From contig NC_045697.1 of NCBI RefSeq assembly GCF_009834535.1, forward strand, positions 107,014,001 to 107,078,000: a stretch of 64,000 bases of DNA, read 5' to 3'. The notes under the pieces are model-generated. The model saw only the letters and a list, made by a program, of their open reading frames with translations, made no database searches and had not been told where the DNA came from. Each line of letters opens with the position of its first letter. Positions within the stretch are counted from its first letter, which is position 1. Below are positions 11,918 to 22,250 of the stretch, one piece after another. The stretch is from Camelus ferus (Eukaryota). A program made the translations under genes and the position numbers.

Positions 11918-14900
11918 AAAGATATACACAGCAACATTAGTCATGTTATAGTAGGAAGTTACAGATTTCTGTATCTAGAAGAGGCAGAAAAAAAAAAAAA
12001 AACCTCATCTATCTCCCCATTTAACAATTGAGAAAATAGTGAGCAGAGATAGTGACTTGATCAAGGTCACTCACACAGTTTGTAGGCAAGCTAGGACAAA
12101 AATTCAGGGCTTTTTTCCCTCTAGACTAATGCTCTTTAGTACTATCATACTGTCTCCCTTTTATCTTATCTAGGCAGGTAAGCTACGTGACAGCAACAAC
12201 TTTGTATTTTTTTTTAAATACATAATTTTGTATCATTCATTTTTAACTGAAGCTACAATTTACAGAAAGTTTTGATTCATTTGCAGAAAAGATTAGATTT
12301 GTAGAGTATTTAACCAACAAGGTCCTATAGCACAAGTAACTATTGGAAACAGAAGATCTAATTAAGTATGGTTGGAACCCTTTACTTATCTAATATGATG
12401 ATTAACTGTGCATCTGGTGGCCTTTCAGGTCCTTTGTGTGTACCTATCTGATAGCAAAGTGAAAGGGCATGGATAGTGTCTGGTCCCAGCAAGCAAATCA
12501 TTTGGAAACAGTCACAGCCATAGATCAAAGATTTTTCACTCTATCTAGGCTGATTTAAACCTACTAACCCAGGTTTTGTCTATAGACAAAACTAGTCAGA
12601 AAATAAGAGAATGACTCTTTAGGATTCAAAGATAATAAGGGAATAGAGAAAGGGAAAATTCAGAAAAGAAACAGACTGGCAGAACCTTGATATACATAGG
12701 CCAAGACAGATGTTTTATATCCTCGCTTTTATTTCAGATGGTTAAAGGGAAAGTTTCCATTCCTTAGATCATCAAATATTATTTCATTTATACTACACAG
12801 ATGTCTTCTATACAGAGATTAGAGCCAATGAAGGATTTTTGTTGTTGTTATTTAACCACTACCAGGAATCAGAGAAACCTCTCAGTACATCATTTTTACT
12901 CTAATCCACAATGTTTAACTGAACAAACAGGCTAGATTTTTTAACATTTTCAGCAAAAATAACACAAAATCTATTAAAAATTTCTTGTAATCTTAGCAGA
13001 AGACTGATGCCAAATTACTACTACTACTACTAATATAGTGGTACTGTGCAGAACCTATATATTTCAAAAGAAACTAAGATGTTTAAAATGGCTAGTTTTC
13101 CTAAAGTGTAACGAAAATTCACCTATGACACGCTTAACTGATCATTTTAAACATAAGTCCACAAAATGTCTCATATGACCCGAAAGAAATATAGAGCGTA
13201 ATGCCAGTCTTATATTTTGAACTAAGCACGGCTCAGTACTGCCATAACCTACATCCCTAATTCTCAATCATCTGTTCCGTAAACGTCTGGCGCTGATCAC
13301 AAGGGAAAGCAGAAATGGGCGTGGGGATGGCTCTAAGACCCCAAGAAGCATATTCTCCATGTGAGTCAGTAGTATCATCTTATTAAACAGAGGATACCAT
13401 ATCTTCTTTAAACCATAAGATTTGATGTTTTGAACTGAACTGAATTAGAGTGAAATCAGATTACAGTGAGCCATGAAAGCCAAAGTTATTAGACAGGTAA
13501 AATTTAATATTTATCTCAATAGTACATTAATGAGTTCAGACTGTTAAGAAGGAAGGAAAGAAGACAGACAAGACAGAATCTTATTTGTTTTAACTCTTCA
13601 GAACAACTATTTAACTGTATTACAGGAATAAAGGAATGTGATTGCTACAAGTAAAAAATGTGTTAATCTAAAACTGAGAAAAAGCGAAATGATTTCTTGG
13701 TAAAGCCAAAAGACACAAGCCAGCATAAGTGAAAACATAGTAAATTCAATGAAATACCTTCTGAAAAATACTTGCCAAATTAACTCGGATTGTCTTAACA
13801 GTTCATATCCTAGCTCAATATTACCATAGTATTTACATTTCAGTCAAGCTAAAAGCTGCTTACTTCCATTTTCCTGAACACAAGTTCTTTGCTCCATCAT
13901 TGCACATTTTGTTGATATTAGATTATATATAGCTTAATCATGTACTCATATATACAGATGGCATTCAACTTGGGGAAAAAACAAACAGCTATTGTACTTT
14001 CAATTTTTTCAACCTACTAAACTACACAAGAATCAGACTTGTAAAAATTTAATAGGTATAAGCATCACTAATCAAATATATTATCCAAGGTAACCCAAAC
14101 AAACTTAATCCCACAAAACAATACTCAAAAGTACACAGAAGCACTTATTTTTCAGCACAGTTTGAGGCTTGCTATACAAAATTAAAACTATTGCCTTGAC
14201 CTGACAGAACATTAAGTTCAAACTGTTCAAATGAGAACAATACCCTTGGGTTACCAATCAAAGAGATTACAAGGTTTGGAGGGTTTTTATAAGGCTATTC
14301 TGTGAAAGAAATTTAAAAAAAAACCCAACAACTTGTCTTAACAGCATGATTGACTATATAAAATTAATAGGCACTACAGTGAACTGTTCAAAGAAAAAAA
14401 TTCAAGTACTAATTATTCTCTCGATTATCAACAGTTTTGAAACAATATCTATGATACTTAGGGGCTTTGGAAAATTAGAACATCTGACAGAGAATGAAGG
14501 AGAATGCGGTTTTATTTTGACTTTTAGTACAATGTGGATGCTATATTTCTGACAGTTGCTTTTGTTAAAGCTTCTTACAGATATTTTAATATAACTCCTT
14601 CAATGAAATTTCATCAACACTAATGAACTGTGTCTGGGTTATTTATTTTTCTTTCTGTTTTTACTGGAATAGTTTTTAAATTCAGAGAATTTAATAGCTA
14701 TTTATTTCCCCTTTTACATTTTGACCCTCCCAAAAGAATTTTCTTTTTAAAAAAATCAAGAATTTTTATAAATACATTGAATGATTAATTATACAAGAGC
14801 CAAACACTTAGCAACTGCATAGATGTTTTAAAGTTAGATTTTAGAGGATAAGAATACATACAGGTAAAATGTGGTCCTTTGTTTTCCGAAAAGTATAAAT

Positions 14901-15732
14901 CCAGAGAGTTGATTTTTTAATGTCAATAATCTGATTATTTTTTGAATAATTCTAAATGTTTTCCCAGAAAACAAAATCATATAACTGAAAATCTGTACAC
15001 TCGTTAGGAAAGATTATTGAAATACTGTATGTTATTCTACAGATAATAAATTAATGGACATCTTTTAGGCCCCAGTGATATGATAAAGTAAAAGCTGCAC
15101 TGAAGTTTAACTCAGTAAGCACATTTCTAAGTAAAGATCAGCAAAAAATAAAACAGTTTAAGGATTCTGTATTCTCTGGAAACGTAAACAGGATTATAAC
15201 TGTCAGATGTACAGAAGCACTGACTTCAGCCATTAGTTTGGTTTTGCTTCTGAGAAACACAACATGAACTACTGAATCATTTCTTTTCAAATCCATACAT
15301 TCCCTGCAGCAGTTCGAGCTTCATCAGCAGTGCAGGAATGTATAAAAATGACAGGCAAAGAGCATTAGCTTTCTTTTTTCTCTCATACTGTTTGCCTATA
15401 AATGGAAGACAGAGTTCTTTCTCAAAGCACTTAAGCTGAGGCTGTTTAAGTCAATTGCTGAAGGAAAATATGACTGAATTCTCTATGCAAGAAAGTACCA
15501 CAATTGGATAAACTGAGAATAATCAAGTACTGTATTCTTATTAGCTTAGAATAAAGTATTAAAAGATTTAGCATTCTAGCTTAATTGTCCATTATTCTTC
15601 AATTAGAAATATTCTCTGTTTTTTAAGTATTTTGTCAGCTCATCACCTTATTTTAGCACCATTCATAGAGTACCCGGTTCTGCTTCTAAGTTTAAAAATA
15701 ACAAGGCCCTCAAATTAAAATACACAAATTTT

Positions 15733-15841
15733 GAGAACAAATATATGTATGTCTATGCATGACTGGGACATTGTGCTGTACACCAGAAACTGACACATTG
15801 TAACTGACTATACTTCAATTAAAAAAAAAAAAAAGAATCAC
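15733..15841 (+). mobile_element. 5'-truncated lineage-specific L1 3' end with poly(A)
   Basis: GCATGACTGGGACATTGTGCTGTACACCAGAAACTGACACATTGTAACTGACTATACTTCAATT(A)n; TSD TAAAATA(C/T)ACAAATTTT at 15716-15732 and 15842-15858. Confidence 0.8.
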
Positions 15842-17029
15842 TAAAATATACAAATTTTCTTTTGAAAAGATTATATGTGTATAAATAGTTAATCTTTTTA
15901 TTTCCAAGTTTCTGTAGCCATAAGTGTTTCACTGAAAGAGGAAATTCAATTAATAATTAAAAGTTTCTTTAACCATGACCAAGTAAAAATAGGATCTAAT
16001 GTATAATCTGGCTACTCTTCTGTATCTTAAACATTCACATTTTCAAACACTAGTACAGTAATTGCTATAACTTGACTCAATTTTTTTAAGGAAATGGGAA
16101 CTTTTCAGACTACAGTTTAAACATACATTTTTTTAGTTTATAGTAATTAAAAACATGCCCACCTCAGTATCTACAGTCTCATAAAATGTTCCCAGTGTAA
16201 TAATGAGGAAGGTAAATCCTAGATAAATCTGAAGGTTATGGACTACATGAAATCCAAAACAAAACACTCAAATCACATCCTGAATGTCCTCTTTCTCTTT
16301 TTAGGAAAGTCTGTAGCCAGCCCAACATGATAGGTCTGGGCAGAAGCATGCTGATGTTGGCACTGCCTAAACCAAACAAACAAGATGTTTAACAGTCAAA
16401 TAAAATGTCCTGCAGCCTCCCTAATGAATTTGTCAAGGACCATCAGATTTCACTCCCCCTCTTTTGCCTCATTAACTCAAGTATGATGAGACGGATTATA
16501 ACAAGAGAATACAGATCAATCGGTCTGAAGACTTGAAGTGGCTTTTAGCCTCTAGAGTTTCTTTCTCTCACTTGGTCTCCTTTAATAGAATACGGTATCT
16601 CCTGCAGAAGGGGCTGCCACTTCGTTTTAATACACCATCAAGGAGCTGCTGATGGACTTCTATACTAACATACATAAAAGCAGAGGTGACAGGGGCTCTT
16701 CAATTACAGCCTCCTCGGATACCGTTTCCCCCTTCAATTATTCAACCAGAGGAAGAGCGGATCCGCAAACACACAGCTGAAGCAGCTCTTAGAGCAGAGG
16801 CAGCCAGAGTGAGTTGGGGTGGGGGAGGGGGAAGGAAGAGAACTGGCGAGAGGGAGCATTATTTGCTGGAAGTGTTTAAGTTTATTGCTCAAATGATGTT
16901 TCTAATTAGTACCATGGCAATAAATTAAAGTCGCCTTTGTTTAACTGATTTATTATTTACTAGAGCATCTACCCTGGACAGGGTAAATTGGTAATGAATT
17001 GTTTTTAAATCAAAACATTTGTAACGTTT

Positions 17030-17780
17030 TATCATCCCCTCAGCCTCAGTATGTAAAAGTGCAGAAACAAGGGGACAAGGGTGGGACGAAACTTGGTCGT
17101 GCCTGACAGAGCCGGGAGGAGAGGAGGAGTGGGGTGTCGGACGAGTGGTGGCGCGAAGATCCGCGCCGCTTGGGCCGCCCCACCCGAGAAGAGAGCGCGC
17201 GGGCCCAGGCGCGGAGGAGGGACGACACCGTGGTCACCCCCGGGGCTTTCTGTAAACGCTGCCAGGAGCCCGGGCCGGCAGCTCCACGCGCGAGGCCTCA
17301 GCCGCTCCCCGACCAGGGGCGATGAAGTGGTGGCCACCCTGAGGGTCCGGGAGGGAAAGCTTCGCACCCTATAGCCCCGACACAAGTCTCCGCCCAATGA
17401 CTGCCCTCGGAAGAAGCCTCTCCGCATCCTCTACCGGCGGTTCACGAAACTCCCTGCCGCCAAGTGCCCCTCCTGCCCGGAGCGCCGGCCTGATCTCGCG
17501 GCCAATGGCAGGATGGCGGACAGAGTCTGGGCGTCCCACGCGCGCGAAGCCGGCAGGAGCCGGGCCCCCCTCCACCCTCCTGCAGCCCAGGTCCCGACGC
17601 CAGCCGCACACCCCAAGAAGGCTGGAGCCCACTGGAGCCCACAGCCGCCCCAAGTCTCCGCCACTCCCGAGAAGTCGACTAAGGGTCGGCGTCCCAGAAT
17701 TTCGCGGACACTGACTGCCAACTGTTCTTCCCAACTCCTGGCCACTAAAGACAGACCCCTGGCAAAAGATCCGACTTGAT
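17030..17780. promoter_or_regulatory. CpG island about 2.8-3.5 kb upstream of the MAB21L2 ATG
   Basis: Abrupt GC/CpG-rich block; CCAAT 17394-17398 and 17502-17506, GC box CCGCCC 17390-17395, YY1-like GATGGCGG at 17512. Confidence 0.8.
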
Positions 17781-19239
17781 TAAAAAAAAGGGGGGGGGGG
17801 CAAATTTCTTTAGAAAGAGACTTAGGGCAATGAGAGTGAAGGAGTGACAAGATACCAGTGGTCCGCACCAGACATGTAAGAAACAACCAAGAGATCCAAG
17901 TGTCTGACATCAAGTACACGATGAAATAAACTTTCCCTACGCAGTTGAATTCATGTTCACCTGGTCCACAAGTCAAGCCCTCCCAGGGGGTTTTGGTTTT
18001 GCAAAAGCCGCATACCGCGTTTTGCAAAATGAAGTCTTCACACGATCGGCTTCATAGATTTTTAGTGTTATTGCATTATCGGAGACTGTAACACGTCTAA
18101 AATCTGACGAAAAATATTCCCATCTACTTGATTTGTCTTAAAAAGACTCAGAATCCATCTACCTGAAGTTCAAACACAAACCCTCAATTCTAAGCAAATC
18201 AGAAAAACTGTTACAGGTTTTTCAACCAAAGTATCTAAAGGCTACAATGGGTACAGCTTGAAAGGGTAATACATATACTAAAAGCACATGCATGAGTTTC
18301 ATTGAAATGCCAAGGGAGGAGTGAAGCAATCTGTGTAATCAATAACAGGATAGTTATGGATTTTTGCAGCAGTGAAGTCTTTTAAAAGCAAGAGTCAATT
18401 ATGAAAATAAAATGATTTTACAAGTGAAACTCGGTACTGCCTAAAAATATTCAAAATTAGATTTACAATATTAACATTTTAAGAAAACTTTAACTCAGGT
18501 TCACATTTACTTCCCTTCATTTTCATTAAGTTCAAATCAATTTTAGTGGCTTATTTTAAATATATCCAACAAAATTCTACCATATATGAATCTGCACCAT
18601 TTTCCACAACATAAACATATTTTTCTCTCATAACTTGTTAGTCCTCATAACAATAAATAACATTAAATATATCTGAATCTTAAATATGAAGTAATTATCA
18701 AATAAAGTGCTTGGGCTATTTTTGCCCTAAATCGTTTTTCAACAGCATATGGAAATTACTGAAAAGAGATTTACGGTTATAAACCCTCACCCCATGTCTA
18801 GTCCATCCGTGCCCCCCCCCCAAACTAGTGTACATATACAGCAACTGATCTGGCTCTTGTCAACAATGGGAGGGGAGGGGAAGAAAAGGGAAGAAGATAC
18901 TGCTGGAGGAGAAAATTTAGAAAAATTTAGGTCCTTTCCCAGATTCCCCTTCCTCCTTCCATTTGCCTTCAAGCAAAAGTAATTTTGTTAGTTTGCACCT
19001 TCTTCACCATGTTGATAGAAAAAAAAAGTGAACCTATCTGAACCACTGCTACTCTCTCTCCAGTCATTCCAGCCATCTCCAAGTAGTCCCTTCTATATAC
19101 ACTCTTTTTCTTCCTTGTAACTGATGAGAGGAGGATAAAGAAGAGGGGGCTGTAAAATGTGTGTGAGCATTTGACTTCTACTATCTCCTCCTATTTTCTT
19201 ACTTCTCTCTTTACCCCTCTTTCTTTATCAAGAGCAGCG

Positions 19240-19382
19240 GTGGCTGCTACCGTTTGCCAAGCATGCCTGTCTTCTCTCTCGGATTGGCTAAAGCACTGAC
19301 AGCTCGCATAGCGATTGTAGGAACCGAAGCTCCACCCCCCTCATGATGGCCCAGGACCATTCATAAACTAAATAACTCCAGG

Positions 19383-19386
<4 letters not shown>
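19240..19386 (+). promoter_or_regulatory. Probable MAB21L2 proximal promoter
   Basis: Reverse CCAAT (ATTGG 19283-19287), TGACAG 19297-19302 and an AT-rich CATAAACTAAATAA just before the GA tract, about 1.15 kb upstream of the ATG. TSS is inferred, not observed. Confidence 0.5.
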
Positions 19387-19413
<27 letters not shown>

Positions 19414-19552
19414 AGGGGGGGGGAGAGAAGGGGAGGGAGACAGAGGTAGAGAGGGAGGGAGAGAGGAAGGGAGGGGGAGAGAAGGAGGGAGGGAGAGGGA
19501 GGGAGATTAAGAAGAGGGAAAGAGAGAGAGACATCTGAGGGGAGGAGGGAGA
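19387..19552 (+). repeat. (GA)n and near-pure polypurine tract at the start of the MAB21L2 leader
   Basis: About (AG)12 followed by GGGA/GAGA-rich sequence. Confidence 0.95.
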
Positions 19553-19849
19553 GACGACTCAGAAAGTGGAATCTGCACAAGCAACCTAAAGGGGGAGGAG
19601 AAGAAAAACCCTTGAATCCTTATAACCAAACCCCAGATGCAACGCAAGCAACGACTTCGTCACACTAAAATAGATTTTGTGAGGGCCAAAATTATAAATT
19701 ACGAAGCAGAAATGAGTATCAAACAACTTCCAGCAGTTTGCACCTAGAGAAAGACAAGAAGAACCCACTGCAAACAAACAAACCCAGTCCAAACAACGCC
19801 TCCAGTAGGAAAAGAGGAAAACCGCTACAAGAGGACCCCCCGAGAAGAG

Positions 19850-21730
19850 ACCAGACCCACACGCTGAGATTGCCGGGCGGGCGTCTGCAAACCTGAGTGT
19901 GCCTCGGCCGGAGTTGCACTTCGCTGCTCTCGGGACATTAATTACACCCTTCACCTTCCATCTGGGGGAGGGTGAGGAGAAAAGCACTCACCTAAGCCGA
20001 ATGAAGACGTGCTACCAGTCTGGGAGAGAAGTTTAAGAATGAAACACTGAATGTTTCGCTTTTATTTTTAAATTTACTTTGGCACGTAAAAGACCTCAAT
20101 TCCAGATTTCTGGGCCATCTCCGCTGCAGACGTCTAAGCCTAACCTCTTGGTAACCTGAATTTTTCTCTCTCACTCTGTCTGTCCCCCCTCCCCTTCATC
20201 TTTTCCGCAGGCACGTCTTGATTTCACCCATCAAGAGAAAGCAAAAAAGTCCCAGCAGGTACTTTTCTCTTTCAAAGATCATCTTTTCTGTTTTTTGGGG
20301 TTTTTTTTTCTTCTGGAGAAGAAAAAAAGCTTTCAAAAGAGGGGAGAGAAAGAGCTGGACGGCTGAAACGTCAGCCGGTCAGCCCAGGTGGAAAACAAGA
20401 GTGAAAGTGGGGCTTAGGGGAACGCAGCGCCTCTTTCGCAAGCCGCAGGGCCACCACCAGCGCGTGAGCCTTGGATCCCTCAACGTATTGCGAGACGCCG
20501 GTGTACAGCCCGGACCTGTGCCCCAACATGATCGCCGCTCAGGCCAAACTGGTCTACCAGCTCAATAAATACTACACTGAGCGCTGCCAAGCGCGCAAGG
20601 CGGCCATCGCCAAGACCATCCGAGAGGTCTGTAAGGTGGTCTCGGACGTGCTAAAGGAAGTGGAGGTGCAGGAGCCTCGCTTCATCAGCTCCCTGAGCGA
20701 GATCGATGCCCGCTACGAGGGGCTGGAGGTCATCTCGCCCACAGAATTCGAGGTGGTGCTCTACCTAAACCAGATGGGCGTCTTCAACTTCGTGGACGAC
20801 GGCTCGCTGCCCGGCTGCGCGGTGCTCAAACTGAGCGACGGGCGGAAGCGGAGCATGTCTCTCTGGGTCGAATTCATCACAGCGTCCGGCTACCTCTCGG
20901 CGCGCAAGATCCGCTCGCGTTTCCAGACGCTGGTGGCTCAGGCGGTGGACAAGTGCAGCTATCGGGATGTGGTCAAGATGATCGCAGATACCAGCGAGGT
21001 CAAGCTGCGCATCAGGGAGCGCTATGTGGTGCAAATCACTCCCGCGTTCAAGTGCACCGGTATCTGGCCTCGCAGTGCGGCACAGTGGCCTATGCCCCAC
21101 ATCCCCTGGCCCGGCCCCAATCGGGTGGCGGAGGTCAAGGCCGAAGGGTTCAACTTGCTCTCTAAGGAATGCTACTCGCTGACCGGCAAGCAGAGCTCTG
21201 CGGAGAGCGATGCCTGGGTGCTACAGTTCGGGGAGGCTGAGAACCGCCTGCTGATGGGCGGCTGCCGAAACAAGTGCCTCTCCGTGCTGAAGACGCTGCG
21301 GGATCGCCACCTGGAGCTGCCCGGCCAGCCGCTCAACAACTACCACATGAAGACGCTGCTGCTGTACGAGTGCGAGAAGCACCCGCGGGAAACGGACTGG
21401 GACGAGGCGTGCCTCGGCGATCGGCTCAACGGCATCCTGCTGCAGCTCATCTCCTGCCTGCAGTGCCGCCGCTGCCCTCACTACTTTCTGCCCAACCTCG
21501 ACCTTTTTCAGGGCAAGCCCCATTCGGCCCTGGAGAGCGCTGCCAAGCAGACCTGGAGGTTGGCCAGGGAAATTCTCACCAATCCCAAAAGCCTGGACAA
21601 ACTATAGGGTGCTAGGGACTGCTTGAAAAGCGACACAGACGGGAATGCTCTCAAACACAACACACACACAACTCGGCGACAAACAGCGGAAACTCCAGAC
21701 ACAAACTTTTATGGAAGCCGCCTAAAAGAA
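19850..21730. promoter_or_regulatory. CpG-rich domain covering the MAB21L2 leader and CDS
   Basis: High CpG density throughout the CDS and part of the leader. Confidence 0.75.
20528..21607 (+). CDS. MAB21L2: Protein mab-21-like 2 (MAB21/cGAS-like nucleotidyltransferase fold), uninterrupted CDS, 359 aa
   Basis: ATG 20528 (CCCAACATGA) to TAG 21605-21607 = 1080 nt. Translation MIAAQAKLVYQLNKYYTERCQARKAAIAK...EILTNPKSLDKL is recognisable as MAB21L2, and nesting in LRBA rather than NBEA supports L2 over L1. The ORF track start at 20471 is a TTG. Confidence 0.98.
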   Translation: MIAAQAKLVYQLNKYYTERCQARKAAIAKTIREVCKVVSDVLKEVEVQEPRFISSLSEIDARYEGLEVISPTEFEVVLYLNQMGVFNFVDDGSLPGCAVLKLSDGRKRSMSLWVEFITASGYLSARKIRSRFQTLVAQAVDKCSYRDVVKMIADTSEVKLRIRERYVVQITPAFKCTGIWPRSAAQWPMPHIPWPGPNRVAEVKAEGFNLLSKECYSLTGKQSSAESDAWVLQFGEAENRLLMGGCRNKCLSVLKTLRDRHLELPGQPLNNYHMKTLLLYECEKHPRETDWDEACLGDRLNGILLQLISCLQCRRCPHYFLPNLDLFQGKPHSALESAAKQTWRLAREILTNPKSLDKL

Positions 21731-21930
21731 ATGGGAACCAGGCAGAAGACCTTCGTTAACAAGTAAACAAAAGGAGAGCAAACCAACCGACCAAACAAAA
21801 TCACATTCTTGCACAAAAGTGATCGTTTTCTTCCAAACAATGTGAATTTAAAAGGTCACACAAAAGAAGCAATCGGGCTTTGTCACCACAAAATGAAACC
21901 CAAGGTACATTTTCAAATCAATGTATAGTA

Positions 21931-22020
21931 GTTTCTCCCTTTTCCTTCGCTTCCTCTCTTCTTTTTCTCTTTTTCTTTCTCTCTCTCTCGCTCTTTCTTT
22001 TCTTTCTCTTTTTCTCTCTC
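21931..22020 (+). repeat. CT-rich polypyrimidine tract in the MAB21L2 3' UTR
   Basis: TTTCTCCCTTTTCCTTC...TCTCTCTCTCTC...TTTCTCTCTC. Confidence 0.9.
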
Positions 22021-22208
22021 AGCCTTCGTTTTGTTTTGGGTTGCCTGAATGTTGTCACCAAGTGAAAAAAAAGTATTTAATTATATGTAAAATTTCTCTT
22101 TTAAACAAAGTTTTGCGGATGTTAAATGTATCTCAGTGCCAATGTCAGATGTGCCCCTCCCTCTCTCGCACCTCTACCCTCACCCGAAGCAGTCTTGTTG
22201 AAAACAGT

Positions 22209-22250
22209 AATAAAAATATTACTTTACATTGTAATTGACTGTTTGTGGAC
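22209..22250 (+). terminator. MAB21L2 polyadenylation signal with downstream GU-rich element
   Basis: AATAAA 22209-22214, TGTTTGTG 22240-22247, upstream TGTA motifs; about 600 nt after the stop codon. Confidence 0.75.

Noticed and set aside
17305..17325. CTCF-like CGACCAGGGGCGA
   Set aside because: Imperfect core in GC-rich background; cannot be supported without a PWM scan or ChIP.
17032..18027. Cluster of 63-198 aa ORFs on both strands
   Set aside because: Stop-codon depletion in a CpG island; low-complexity Arg/Pro/Gly/Ala translations, many with non-ATG starts.
20765..21702. Antisense and alternate-frame ORFs overlapping the MAB21L2 CDS
   Set aside because: Shadow ORFs expected from the GC-rich codon usage of the real CDS; no recognisable protein.
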